NCBI RefSeq assembly: GCF_009914755.1
Contig: NC_060948.1
Length of the DNA: 64,000 nt
Strand: one strand, 5' to 3'
Source: the human T2T-CHM13v2.0 reference genome, Homo sapiens
In this document: in pieces, positions 1 to 14,129 of the stretch
Layout of the letters: every line of letters starts with the position of its first letter
Numbering within the stretch: the first letter of the stretch is position 1
Program-made: the position numbers and the translations under genes
Notes under the pieces: model-generated
Database searches by the model: none
Told to the model about the DNA's origin: nothing
Seen by the model: the letters and a program-made list of their open reading frames with translations, nothing else

Positions 1-375
1 TGGAATGGAATGGGATGGAATGGTATGGAATGGATAGTAATGGACTGGAGTGAAATGGACTGGAAAGGAATGGACTCAAATTGAAAGGGCTCGAAAGGAA
101 TGGAGACAAATGGAATGGTCTGGAATGGAATGAACACGAATGTAATGCAATCCAATAGAATGGAGTCGAATGGCATGGAATATAAAGAAATGGAATCGAA
201 GAGAATGGAAACAAATGGAATGGAATTGAATGGAATGGAATTGAATGGAATGGGAACGAATGGAGTGAAATTGTATGCAGTAGAAGAGAATAGAATGGAA
301 TGCAAGCGAAAGGAAAGGAATGGATTGGAATGGAATGGAATTCATTGGAATGGAAGGGAATGTAGTGTAATGGAC

Positions 376-3300
376 AGGCCTGGAATAAAGTGGAATGCTA
401 CGGTCTCGAATGGAATAAAAATGTATGGAATGGAATGCAATGAAACGGAATCGAATGTCATAGAATGTAATGGAATGCAAAAAAATGGAATCCAAAATCA
501 TTGACTGGAAAGGCTGGGTGTCGAAAGGAATTGACTCCAATGGAATGGAATCGAATGGAATGGAAGTGAATAGAATCGAACTAAATCGAATGGAATGGAA
601 TTGATAGGAACGGAATGGAAAGGAATGCAATGATTTGGCATGGAATGGAATCGAATGGCATCGAATGGAATGGAATGGAATGCAATGGAATGGAATGTAT
701 TAGAATATAATGAACTTTAATGGAATGTACTCGAATGGATTCGACTGGAATGGAATGCTCTGGAAGTGAATGGACTCCAATGGAATGGATTCAAAAGGAA
801 TGGAATCGTACGGAATGGAATCTAATGGAATGGAATTAAATGGAAATGAATCAAATTGAATAGGACGGAATTGAATTGAATGGAATCGAATGCAATGGAA
901 TCTAATGAAACGGAAAGGAAAGGAATGGAATGGAATGGAATGGGCTGGAATGGAAAGGAATCGAAACGAATGGAATGGAATCGAACTGAAGAGACTGGAA
1001 TGGAATGCACTGGAATGGAAGGGAGTGTAATGAAAGGTTCTCGAAAAAAATGGAATCGAATGGAATGGAATTGAATGGAACGGAATAGAGTCGAATGGAA
1101 TTGAATGGAATGGAATGGACTAGAGTGAAATGGAATCGAACCACAAGGAATGGACAGGAATAGAATGGTCTCGAATTGAATGGAATCGTATGGAATGGCA
1201 TCAAACGGAATGGAATGGACAGCCACGGAATGGAATGCACTCGAATGCAATGGAGTCGAAACTAATGGACTGGAATAGAATGGACTCGACTGGTACGGAC
1301 TCCAATGGAATGGAATCGAATGGAAGGGAATCGAACGGAATGGACTCGAAGGGAAAAGACTGCAATGGAAAGGTCTCGAATGGAATGGAAATTAATGGAA
1401 TGGAATGGAATCGAATGAAATGGAGTCAAAAGGAATGGAATCGAATGGCAAGAAATCGAATGTAATGGAATCGCAAGGAATTGATGTGAACGGAACGGAA
1501 TGGAATGGAATCCAAAGGAATGGAATAGAATGGAATGGAATCGAATGGAAAGGACTCGAATGGAAATCACTCGAATAGAATGCAATTTAATAAAATAGGA
1601 TCAAATGTAATGGAATGGAATGGAAAGGAATCGAAACGAAAGGAATGGAGACAGATGGAATGGAATGGAACAGAGAGCAATGGTATAGAATGGAATGGAA
1701 TCATCTGGAATGGAATTGAATGGAATGGAATAATATGAAATCGAATGAAATGGAATGGAACGGAATGCCCTTGAATTAAATGGACTGGAATGGAATGGAC
1801 TCAAACAGAGTGGAATGGAAAGTGTGGAGATAGAATGGAATGAACTCCTTTGGAATGGTGTAGTATGCAATGCAATCGACTGGCAGGGAATCAAAAGGAA
1901 TGTAATCGAATGGATTGGACTGGAATGCAATGGACTCGAATAGATTGGAAACGGAATGCAAAGGAATGGAATGGAATAGTGTGGAATGCAATGGAAGGGA
2001 ATGGAGTGGAATAGACTAGAGTGGAATGGAATGGACTGGAAAGCAATGGACTGGAATGGAACTTTCTTGGATGGACTGGAATCAAACGGAATGGAATGCA
2101 ATGCAATCAAATGGCATGGAATAAAATAGAATGAAAGAGAATCAAATGGAATTGAATCGAATGGAATCGAATGGATTGGAAAGGAATAGAATGGAATGGA
2201 ATGGAATTGACTCAAATGGAATGGACTAGAATGGAATGGATTCGAATGGAAGGCAAAGGAATGGAATCTATTGGAATGGACTGTAATGGAATGGAATGGA
2301 AGGGATTGGAATGGACTCGAATGGAATGGACTGCAATAGAAAGGATTCGAATGGAATGAAAAATAATTGAATGGAATAGAACAGAATGGAATCAAATCGA
2401 ATGAAATGGAATGGAATAGAAAGGAATGGAATGAAATGGAATGGAAAGGATTCGAATGGAATGCAATCGAATGGAATGGAATCGAACGGAATGGAATATA
2501 ATGGAAGAAAACTGGCAAGAAATGGAATCGAAATGAATGGAGTGTTATGGAACGGACTCAAAAGGAATTGAATGTAATAGAATGGAGTGGAGTGGACTCG
2601 AATATAATGGACTGGAATGGAATGAAATCACATGGAATGGGAACGAATGGAATGGAATGGAAAGGAATGGAATCGAATGGAAAGGAATCGAATGGAAGGG
2701 AATGAAATTGAATCAACAGGAATGGAAGGGTATAGAATAGACTGTAATGGAATGGACTCGAATAGAATGGACACGAATGCTCAAATTAAATGGACTCGAA
2801 TGGAATGGAAACGAAAGGAATGTCATCGAATGGAATTGAATCGATTGGAATGAAATCGCATAGAATGGAGTGGAATCAAATGGAATTGAATCGAAAGGAA
2901 AGGAAGCGAATGGACTGAAATGAAATGGAATGGAATTGAATGGAAAGAAATGCAATGGAATAGAATGGAACGAAATTTCACGGAATGGAATCAAACTGAA
3001 TGGAATCAAATCAATGGAATCAAATCAAATGGAATGGAAAGGAATTGAATGGAGTAGATGGGATTGGATGGGATTGGAATGAAATGTACTGGAAAGGACT
3101 CGAATTTCATGAAACGGAATGGAATGAATTGGAACGGAATGGACTCGAATGGAATGGAATGTCATGGGATGGCATCAAATGGAATGGCATCAAATGGAAT
3201 GGAATCGAATGCAATGGAATGCTATGGAATGGAATGGAATGCATTGGAATGGAATGTCCTCTAATGGAATGGATTCGAGTGGAATGGAATTGAATATAAT

Positions 3301-3908
3301 GGAGTCGAATGAAATGGAATTGAAAGGAATGGGATCGAATACAATGGAATATACTGGAATGTAACGTAATGAACTCGAATGTAATTGACTGGAATGGAAT
3401 GTACATGAATGGAATGTAATCGAATGGAAAGTAATCCAATGGAATAGAATCTAATGCAATAAAATCGACTCAGATAGAGTAGAATGTAATGGAATGGAGT
3501 GCAGTGCAATGGAATGGAATGGAATGGAATGCAATGGAATGGAATGGGATGGAATGGTATGGAATGGATAGTAATGGACTGGAGTGAACTGGACTGGAAA
3601 GGAATGGACTGAAATTGAAAGGGCTCGAAAGGAATGGAGACAAATGGAATGGTCTGGAATGGAATGAACACGAATGTAATGCAATCCAATAGAATGGAGT
3701 CGAATGGCATGGAATATAAAGAAATGGAATCGAAGAGAATGGAAACAAATGGAATGGAATTGAATGGAATGGAATTGAATGGAATGGGAACGAATGGAGT
3801 GAAATTGTATGCAGTAGAAGAGAATAGAATGGAATGCAAGCGAAAGGAAAGAATGGATTGGAATGGAATGGAATTCATTGGAATGGAAGGGAATGTAGTG
3901 TAATGGAC
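376..3908 (+). repeat. DYZ1 monomer U1 (3533 bp)
   Basis: AGGCCT at 376 to the next at 3909; short terminal pentamer tract and a 1-bp deletion near 3850. Confidence 0.92.
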
Positions 3909-4284
3909 AGGCCTGGAATAAAGTGGAATGCTACGGTCTCGAATGGAATAAAAATGTATGGAATGGAATGCAATGAAACGGAATCGAATGTCATAGAATG
4001 TAATGGAATGCAAAAAACTGGAATCCAAAATCATTGACTGGAAAGGCTGGGTGTCGAAAGGAATTGACTCCAATGGTATGGAATCGAATGGAATGGAAGT
4101 GAATAGAATCGAACTAAATCGAATGGAATGGAATTGATAGGAACGGAACGGAAAGGAATGCAATGATTTGGCATGGAATGGAATCGAACGGCATCGAATG
4201 GAATGGAATGGAATGCAAAGGAATGGAATGTATTAGAATGTAATGAACTTTAATGGAATGTACTCGAATGGATTCGACTGGAAT

Positions 4285-4299
4285 GGAATGTTCTGGAAG
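4285..4299. promoter_or_regulatory. Perfect heat-shock element motif A (representative copy)
   Basis: gGAAt-gTTCt-gGAAg matches nGAAnnTTCnnGAAn; intact in 17 of 19 homologous positions; binding not shown. Confidence 0.5.
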
Positions 4300-4564
4300 T
4301 GAATGGACTCCAATGGAATGGATTCAAAAGGAATGGAATCGTACGGAATGGAATGTAATGGAATGGAATTAAATGGAAATGAATCAAATTGAATAGCACG
4401 GAATTGAATTGAATGGAATCGAATGCAATGGAATCTAATGAAACGGAAAGGAAAGGAATGGAATGGAATAGAATGGGATGGAATGGAAAGGAATCGAAAC
4501 GAATGGAATGGAATCGAAGTGAAGAGACTGGAATGGAATGCACTGGAATGGAAGGGAGTGTAAT

Positions 4565-4579
4565 GGAAGGTTCTCGAAA
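4565..4579. promoter_or_regulatory. Perfect heat-shock element motif B (representative copy)
   Basis: gGAAg-gTTCt-cGAAa; intact in 17 of 18 homologous positions; binding not shown. Confidence 0.5.
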
Positions 4580-7016
4580 AAAATGGAATCGAATGGAATG
4601 GAATTGAATGGAACGGAATAGAGTCGAATGGAATTGAATGGAATGGAATGGACTAGAGTGAAATGGAATCGAACCACAAGGAATGGACAGGAATAGAATG
4701 GTCTCGAATTGAATGGAATCGTATGGAATGGCATCAAACGGAATGGAATGGACAGCCACGGAATGGAATGCACTCGAATGCAATGGAGTCGAAACTAATG
4801 GACTGGAATAGAATGGACTCGACTGGTACGGACTCCAATGGAATGGAATCGAATGGAAGGGAATCGAACGGAATGGACTCGAAGGGAAAAGACTGCAATG
4901 GAAAGGTCTCGAATGGAATGGAAATTAATGGAATGGAATGGAATCGAATGAAATGGAGTCAAAAGGAATGGAATCGAATGGCAAGAAATCGAATGTAATG
5001 GAATCGCAAGGAATTGATGTGAACGGAACGGAATGGAATGGAATCCAAAGGAATGGAATAGAATGGAATGGAATCGAATGGAAAGGACTCGAATGGAAAT
5101 CACTCGAATAGAATGCAATTTAATAAAATAGGATCAAATGTAATGGAATGGAATGGAAAGGAATCGAAACGAAAGGAATGGAGAGAGATGGAATGGAATG
5201 GAACAGAGAGCAATGGTATAGAATGGAATGGAATCATCTGGAATGGAATTGAATGGAATGGAATAATATGAAATGGAATGGAATGGAATGGAATGGAATG
5301 CCCTTGAATTAAATGGACTGGACTCGAACAGAGTGGAATGGAAAGTGTTGAGATAGAATGGAATGGACTCCTTTGGAATGGTCTAGTATGCAATGCAATC
5401 GACTGGCAGGGAACCAAAAGGAATGTAATGGAATGGATTGGAGTGGAATGCAATGGACTCGAATAGATTGGAAACGGAATGCAAAGGAATGGAATGGAAT
5501 AGTATGGAATGGAAAGAAATGGAATGGAAAGGATTCGAATGGAATGCAATCGAATGGAATGGAATCGAACGGAATGGAATAAAATGGAAGAAAACTGGCA
5601 AGAAATGGAATCGAAATGAATGGAGTGTTATGGAAGGGACTCAAAAGGAATTGAATGTAATAGAATGGAGTGGAGTGGACTCGAATATAATGGACTGGAA
5701 TGGAATGAAATCACATGGAATGGGAACGAATGGAATGGAATGGAAAGGAATGGAATCGAATGGAAAGGAATCGAATGGAAGGGAATGAAATTGAATCAAC
5801 AGGAATGGAAGGGAATAGAATAGACTGTAATGGAATGGACTCGAATAGAATGGACACGAATGCTCAAATTAAATGGACTCGAATGGAATGGAAACGAAAG
5901 GAATGTCATCGAATGGAATTGAATCGATTGGAATGAAATCGCATAGAATGGAGTGGAATCAAATGGAATTGAATCGAAAGGAAAGGAAGCGAATGGACTG
6001 AAATGAAATGGAATGGAATTGAATGGAAACTAATGCAATGGAATAGAATGGAACGAAATTTCACGGAATGGAATCAAACTGAATGGAATCAAATCAATGG
6101 AATCAAATCAAATGGAATGGAAAGGAATTGAATGGAGTAGATTGGATTGGATGGGATTGGAATGAAATGTACTGGAAAGGACTCGAATTTCATGAAACGG
6201 AATGGAATGAATTGGAACGGAATGGACTCGAATGGAATGGAATGTCATGGAATGGCATCAAATGGAATGGCATCAAATGGAATGGAATCGAATGCAATGG
6301 AATGCTATGGAATGGAATGGAATGCATTGGAATGGAATGTCCTCTAATGGAATGGATTCGAGTGGAATGGAATCGAATATAATGGAGTCGAATGAAATGG
6401 AATTGAAAGGAATGGGATCGAATACAATGGAATATACTGGAATGTAACGTAATGAACTCGAATGTAATTGACTGGAATGGAATGTACATGAATGGAATGT
6501 AATCGAATGGAAAGTAATCCAATGGAATAGAATCTAATGCAATAAAATCGACTCAGATAGAGTAGAATGTAATGGAATGGAGTGCAGTGCAATGGAATGG
6601 AATGGAATGGAATGCAATGGAATGGAATGGAATGGAATGGAATGGAATGGAATGGGATGGAATGGTATGGAATGGATAGTAATGGACTGGAGTGAAATGG
6701 ACTGGAAATGAATGGACTCAAATTGAAAGGGCTCGAAAGGAATGGAGTCAAAAGGAATGGTCTGGAATGGAATGAACACGAATGTAATGCAATCCAAAAG
6801 AATGGAATCGAATGGCATGGAATATAAAGAAATGGAATCGAAGAGAATGGAAACAAATGGAATGGAATTGAATGGAATGGAATTGAATGGAATGGGAACG
6901 AATGGAGTGAAATTGTATGCAGTAGAAGGGAATAGCATGGAATGCAAGCGAAAGGAAAGAATGGATTGGAATGGAATGGAATTCATTGGAATGGAAGGGA
7001 ATGTAGTGTAATGGGC

Positions 7017-10000
7017 AGGCCTGGAATAAAGTGGAATGCTACGGTCTCGAATGGAATAAAAATGTATGGAATGGAATGCAATGAAACGGAATCGAATGTC
7101 ATAGAATGTAATGGAATGCAAAAAAATGGAATCCAAAATCATTGACTGGAAAGGCTGGGTGTCGAAAGGAATTGACTCCAATGGAATGGAATCGAATGGA
7201 ATGGAAGTGAATAGAATCGAACTAAATCGAATGGAATGGAATTGATAGGAACGGAATGGAAAGGAATGCAATGATTTGGCATGGAATGGAATCGAATGGC
7301 ATCGAATGGAATGGAATGGAATGCAATGGAATGGAATGTATTAGAATGTAATGAACATTAATGGAATGTAATCGAATGGATTCGACTGGAATGGAATGTT
7401 CTGGAAGTGAATGGACTCCAATGGAATGGATTCGAAAGGAATGGAATCGAACAGAATGGAATCTAATGGAATGGAATTAAATGGAAATGAATCAAATTGA
7501 ATAGCACGGAATTGAATTGAATTGAATGGAATCGAATGCAATGGAATCTAATGAAACGGAAAGGAAAGGAATGGAATGGAATGGAATGGGCTGGAATGGA
7601 AAGGAATCGAAACGAATGGAATGGAATCGAACTGAAGAGACTGGAATGGAATGCACTGGAATGGAAGGGAGTGTAATGGAAGGTTCTCGAAAATAATGGA
7701 ATCGAATGGAATGGAATTGAATGGAACGGAATAGAGTCGAATGGAATTGAATGGAATGGAATGGACTAGAGTGAAATGGAATCGAACCACAAGGAATGGA
7801 CTGGAATAGAATGGTCTCGAATTGAATGGAATCGTATGGAATGGCATCAAACGGAATGGAATGGACAGCCACGGAATGGAATGCACTCGAATGCAATGGA
7901 GTCGAAACTTATGGACTGGAATAGAATTGACTCGACTCTACGGACTCCAATGGAATGGAATCGAATGGAAGGGATTCGAACGGAATGGACTCGAAGGGAA
8001 AAGACTGCAATGGAAAGGTCTCGAATGGAATGGAAATTAATGGAATGGAATGGAATCGAATGAAATGGAGTCAAAAGGAATGGAATCGAATGGCAAGAAA
8101 TCGAATGTAATGGAATCGCAAGGAATTGATGTGAACGGAACGGAATGGAATGGAATCCAAAGGAATGGAATAGAATGGAATGGAATCGAATGGAAAGGAC
8201 TCGAATGGAAATCACTCGAATGGAATGAAATTTAATAAAATAGGATCAAATGTAATTGAATGGAATGGAAAGGAATCGAAACGAAAGTAATGGAGACAGA
8301 TGGAATGGAATGGAACAGAGAGCAATGGTATAGAATGGAATGGAATCATCTGGAATGGAATTGAATGGAATGGAATAATATGAAATGGAATGGAATGGAA
8401 TGGAATGGAATGCCCTTGAATTAAATGGACTGGAATGGAATGGACTCGAACAGAGTGGAATGGAAAGTGTTGAGATAGAATGGAATGGACTCTTTTAGAA
8501 TGGTCTAGTATGCAATGCAATCGACTGGCAGGGAATCAAAAGGAATGTAATCGAATGGATTGGACTGGAATGCAATGGACTCGAATAGATTGGAAACGGA
8601 ATGCAAAGGAATGGAATGGAATAGTATGGAATGGAATGGAAAGGAATGGAGTGGAATAGACTAGAGTGGAATGGAATGGACTGGAAAGCAATGGACTGGA
8701 ATGGAACTTTCTTGAATGGACTGGAATCAAACGGAATGGAATGCAATGCAATCAAATGGCATGGAATAAAATAGAATGAAAGAGAATCAAATGGAATTGA
8801 ATCGAATGGAATCGAATGGATTGGAAAGGAATAGAATGGAATGGAATGGAATTGACTCAAATGGAATGGACTAGAATGGAATGGATTCGAATGGAAGGCA
8901 AAGGAATGGAATCTATTGGAATGGACAGTAATGGAATGGAATGGAAGGGATTGGAATGGACTCGAATGGAATGGACTGCAATAGAAAGGATTCGAATGGA
9001 ATGAAAAAGAATTGAATGGAATAGAACAGAATGGAATCAAATCGAATGAAATGGAATGGAATAGAAAGGAATGGAATGAAATGGAATGGAAAGGATTCGA
9101 ATGGAATGCAATCGAATGGAATGGAATCGAACGGAATGGAATAAAATGGAAGAAAACTGGCAAGAAATGGAATCGAAATGAATGGAGTGTTATGGAACGG
9201 ACTCAAAAGGAATTGAATGTAATAGAATGGAGTGGAGTGGACTCGAATATAATGAACTGGAATGGAATGAAATCACATGGAATGGGAACGAATGGAATGG
9301 AATGGAAAGGAATGGAATCGAATGGAAAGGAATCGAATGGAAGGGAATGAAATTGAATCAACAGGAATGGAAGGGAATAGAATAGACGGTAATGGAATGG
9401 ACTCGAATAGAATGGACACGAATGCTCAAATTGAATGGACTCGAATGGAATGGAAACGAAAGGAATGTCATCGAATGGAATTGAATCGATTGGAATGAAA
9501 TCGCATAGAATGGAGTGGAATCAAATGGAATTGAATCGAAAGGAAAGGAAGCGAATGGACTGAAATGAAATGGAATGGAATTGAATGGAAAGTAATGCAA
9601 TGGAATAGAATGGAACGAAATTTCACGGAATGGAATCAAACTGAATGGAATCAAATCAATGGAATCAAATCAAATGGAATGGAAAGGAATTGAATGGAGT
9701 AGATTGGATTGGATGGGATTGGAATGAAATGTACTGGAAAGGACTCGAATTTCATGAAACGGAATGGAATGAATTGGAACGGAATGGACTCGAATGGAAT
9801 GGAATGTCATGGAATGGCATCAAATGGAATGGAATCGAATGCAATGGAATGCTATGGAATGGAATGGAATGCATTGGAATGGAATGTCCTCTAATGGAAT
9901 GGATTCGAGTGGAATGGAATCGAATATAATGGAGTCGAATGAAATGGAATTGAAAGGAATGGGATAGAATACAATGGAATATACTGGAATGTAATGTAAT

Positions 10001-10569
10001 GAACTCGAATGTAATTGACTGGAATGGAATGTACATGAATGGAATGTAATCGAATGGAAAGTAATCCAATGGAATAGAATCTAATGCAATAAAATCGACT
10101 CAGATAGAGTAGAATGTAATGGAATGGAGTGCAGTGCAATGGAATGGAGTGGAATGGAATGCAATGGAATGGAATGGAATGGAATGGAATGGAATGGAAT
10201 GGAATGGGATGGAATGGTATGGAATGGATAGTAATGGACTGGAATGAAATGGACTGGAAAAGAATGGACTCAAATTGAAAGGGCTCGAAAGGAATGGAGA
10301 CAAATGGAATGGTCTGGAATGGAATGAACACGAATGTAATGCTATCCAATAGAATGGAATCGAATGGCATGGAATATAAAGAAATGGAATCGAAGAGAAT
10401 GGAAACAAATGGAATGGAATTGAATGGAATGGAATTGAATGGAATGGGAATGAATGGAGTGAAATTGTATGCAGTAGAAGAGAATAGAATGGAATGCAAG
10501 CGAAAGGAAAGGAATGGATTGCAATGGAATGGAATTCATTGGAATGGAAGGGAATGTAGTGTAATGGAC
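7017..10569 (+). repeat. DYZ1 monomer U3 (3553 bp)
   Basis: AGGCCT 7017 to 10570. Confidence 0.92.
8703..8717. promoter_or_regulatory. Perfect heat-shock element motif C (representative copy)
   Basis: gGAAc-tTTCt-tGAAt; intact in 13 of 18 monomers; binding not shown. Confidence 0.5.
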
Positions 10570-13500
10570 AGGCCTGGAATAAAGTGGAATGCTACGGTCT
10601 CGAATGGAATAAAAATGTATGGAATGGAATGCAATGAAACGGAATCGAATGTCATAGAATGTAATGGAATGCAAAAAAATGGAATCCAAAATCATTGACT
10701 GGAAAGGCTGGGTGTCGAAAGGAATTGACTCCAATGGAATGGAATCGAATGGAATGGAAGTGAATAGAATCGAACTAAATCGAATGGAATGGAATTGATA
10801 GGAACGGAATGGAAAGGAATGCAATGATTTGACATGGAATGGAATCGAATGGCATCGAATGGAATGGAATGGAATGCAATGGAATGGAATGTATTAGAAT
10901 GTAATGAACATTAATGGAATGTACTCGAATGGATTCGACTGGAATGGAATGTTCTGGAAGTGAATGGACTCCAATGGAATGGATTCGAAAGGAATGGAAT
11001 CGAACGGAATGGAATCTAATGGAATGGAATTAAATGGAAATGAATCAAATTGAATAGCACGGAATTGAATTGAATGGAATCGAATGCAATGGAATCTAAT
11101 GAAACGGAAAGGAAAGGAATGGAATGGAATGGAATGGGCTGGAATGGAAAGGAATCGAAACGAATGGAATGGAATCGAACTGAAGAGACTGGAATGGAAT
11201 GCACTGGAATGGAAGGGAGTGTTAATGGAAGGTTCTCGAAAATAATGGAAGCAAATGGAATGGAATTGAATGGAACGGAATAGAGTCGAATGGAATTGAA
11301 TGGAATGGAATGGACTAGAGTGAAATGGAATCGAACCACAAGGAATGGACAGGAATAGAATGGTCTCGAATTGAATGGAATCGTATGGAATGGCATCAAA
11401 CGGAATGGAATGGACAGCCACGGAATGGAATGCACTCGAATGCAATGGAGTCGAAACTTATGGACTGGAATAGAATGGACTCGACTGGTACGGACTCCAA
11501 TGGAATGGAATCGAATGGAAGGGATTCGAACGGAATGGACTCGAAGGGAAAAGACTGCAATGGAAAGGTCTCGAATGGAATGGAAATTAATGGAATGGAA
11601 TGGAATCGAATGAAATGGAGTCAAAAGGAATGGAATCGAATGGCAAGAAATCGAATGTAATGGAATCGCAAGGAATTGATGTGAACGGAACGGAATGGAA
11701 TGGAATCCAAAGGAATGGAATAGAATGGAATGGAATCGAATGGAAAGGACTCGAATGGAAATCACTCGAATAGAATGCAATTTAATAAAATAGGATCAAA
11801 TGTAATGGAATGGAATGGAAAGGAATCGAAACGAAAGGAATGGAGACAGATGGAATGGAATGGAACAGAGAGCAATGGTATAGAATGGAATGGAATCATC
11901 TGGAATGGAATTGAATGGAATGGAATAATATGAAATGGAATGGAATGGAATGGAATGGAATGCCCTTGAATTAAATGGACTGGAATGGAATGGACTCGAA
12001 CAGAGTGGAATAGAAAGTGTTGAGATAGAATGGAATGGACTCTTTTGGAATGGTCTAGTATGCAATGCAATCGACTGGCAGGGAATCAAAAGGAATGTAA
12101 TCGAATGGATTAGACTGGAATGCAATGGACTCGAATAGATTGGAAACGGAATGCAAAGGAATGGAATGGAATAGTATGGAATGGAATGGAAAGGAATGGA
12201 GTGGAATAGACTAGAGTGGAATGGAATGGACTGGAAAGCAATGGACTGGAATGGAACTTTCTTGAATGGACTGGAATCAAACGGAATGGAATGCAATGCA
12301 ATCAAATGGCATGGAATAAAATAGAATGAAAGAGAATGAAATGGAATTGAATCGAATGGAATCGAATGGATTGGAAAGGAATAGAATGGAATGGAATGGA
12401 ATTGACTCAAATGGAATGGACTAGAATGGAATGGATTCGAATGGAAGGCAAAGGAATGGAATCTATTGGAATGGACTGTAATGGAATGGAATGGAAGGGA
12501 TTGGAATGGACTCGAATGGAATGGACTGCAATAGAAAGGATTCGAATGGAATGAAAAAGAATTGAATGGAATAGAACAGAATGGAATGAAATCGAATGAA
12601 ATGGAATGGAATAGAAAGGAATGGAATGAAATGGAATGGAAAGGATTCGAATGGAATGCAATCGAATGGAATGGAATCGAACGGAATGGAATAAAATGGA
12701 AGAAAACTGGCAAGAAATGGAATCGAAATGAATGGAGTGTTATGGAACGGACTCAAAAGGAATTGAATGTAATAGAATGGAGTGGAGTGGACTCGAATAT
12801 AATGGACTGGAATGGAATGAAATCACATGGAATGGGAACGAATGGAATGGAATGGAAAGGAATGGAATCGAATGGAAAGGAATCGAATGGAAGGGAATGA
12901 AATTGAATCAACAGGAATGGAAGGGAATAGAATAGACGGTAATGGAATGGACTCGAATAGAATGGACACGAATGCTCAAATTGAATGGACTCGAATGGAA
13001 TGGAAACGAAAGGAATGTCATCGAATGGAATTGAATCGATTGGAATGAAATCGCATAGAATGGAGTGGAATCAAATGGAATTGAATCGAAAGGAAAGGAA
13101 GCGAATGGACTGAAATGAAATGGAATGGAATTGAATGGAAAGTAATGCAATGGAATAGAATGGAACGAAATTTCACGGAATGGAATCAAACTGAATGGAA
13201 TCAAATCAATGGAATCAAATCAAATGGAATGGAAAGGAATTGAATGGAGTAGATTGGATTGGATGGGATTGGAATGAAATGTACTGGAAAGGACTCGAAT
13301 TTCATGAAACGGAATGGAATGAATTGGAACGGAATGGACTCGAATGGAATGGAATGTCATGGAATGGCATCAAATGGAATGGCATCAAATGGAATGGAAT
13401 CGAATGCAATGGAATGCTATGGAATGGAATGGAATGCATTGGAATGGAATGTCCTCTAATAGAATGGATTCGAGTGGAATGGAATCGAATATAATGGAGT

Positions 13501-14129
13501 CGAATGAAAAGGAATTGAAAGGAATGGGATCGAATACAATGGAATATACTGGAATGTAATGTAATGAACTCGAATGTAATTGACTGGAATGGAATGTACA
13601 TGAATGGAATGTAATCGAATGGAAAGTAATCCAATGGAATAGAATCTAATGCAATAAAATCGACTCAGATAGAGTAGAATGTAATGGAATCGAGTGCAGT
13701 GCAATGGAATGGAATGGAATGGAATGCAATGGAATGGAATGGAATGGAATGGAATGGAATGGAATGGGATGGAATGGTATGGAATGGATAGTAATGGACT
13801 GGAATGAAATGGACTGGAAAAGAATGGACTCAAATTGAAAGGGCTCGAAAGGAATGGAGTCAAATGGAATGGTCTGGAATGGAATGAACACGAATGTAAT
13901 GCAATCCAATAGAATGGAATCGAATGGCATGGAATATAAAGAAATGGAATCGAAGAGAATGGAAACAAATGGAATGGAATTGAATGGAATGGAATTGAAT
14001 GGAATGGGAACGAATGGAGTGAAATTGTATGCAGTAGAAGAGAATAGAATGGAATGCAAGCGAAAGGAAAGGAATGGATTGCAATGGAATGGAATTCATT
14101 GGAATGGAAGGGAATGTAGTGTAATGGAC
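10570..14129 (+). repeat. DYZ1 monomer U4 (3560 bp)
   Basis: AGGCCT 10570 to 14130; 1-bp insertion near 11222. Confidence 0.92.

Larger units (their letters stand above)
3909..7016 (+). repeat. DYZ1 monomer U2, internally deleted (3108 bp)
   Basis: AGGCCT 3909 to 7017; lacks 440 bp at junction ~5506-5530 and 10 bp near 5320. Confidence 0.92.

Noticed and set aside
1585-1597. AATAAA (TTTAATAAAATAG) as a polyadenylation signal or TATA-like element in each unit
   Set aside because: It is reachable by few substitutions from the pentamer, other AATAAA copies occur in each unit, and no transcript context is visible from sequence alone.
1601-2518. Recurrent 305-aa minus-strand ORF (also 11796, 15355, 18919, 22473, 26022, 29601, 33155, 50492)
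   Set aside because: Recurrence just reflects monomer identity. It is broken by a stop, frameshifts or the 440-bp deletion in the other nine units, and the ATTCC strand is inherently stop-poor.
3101-3115. CGAATTTCATGAAAC as an additional heat-shock element
   Set aside because: The TTC is offset by one base relative to the first GAA, so it is not a perfect three-unit HSE.
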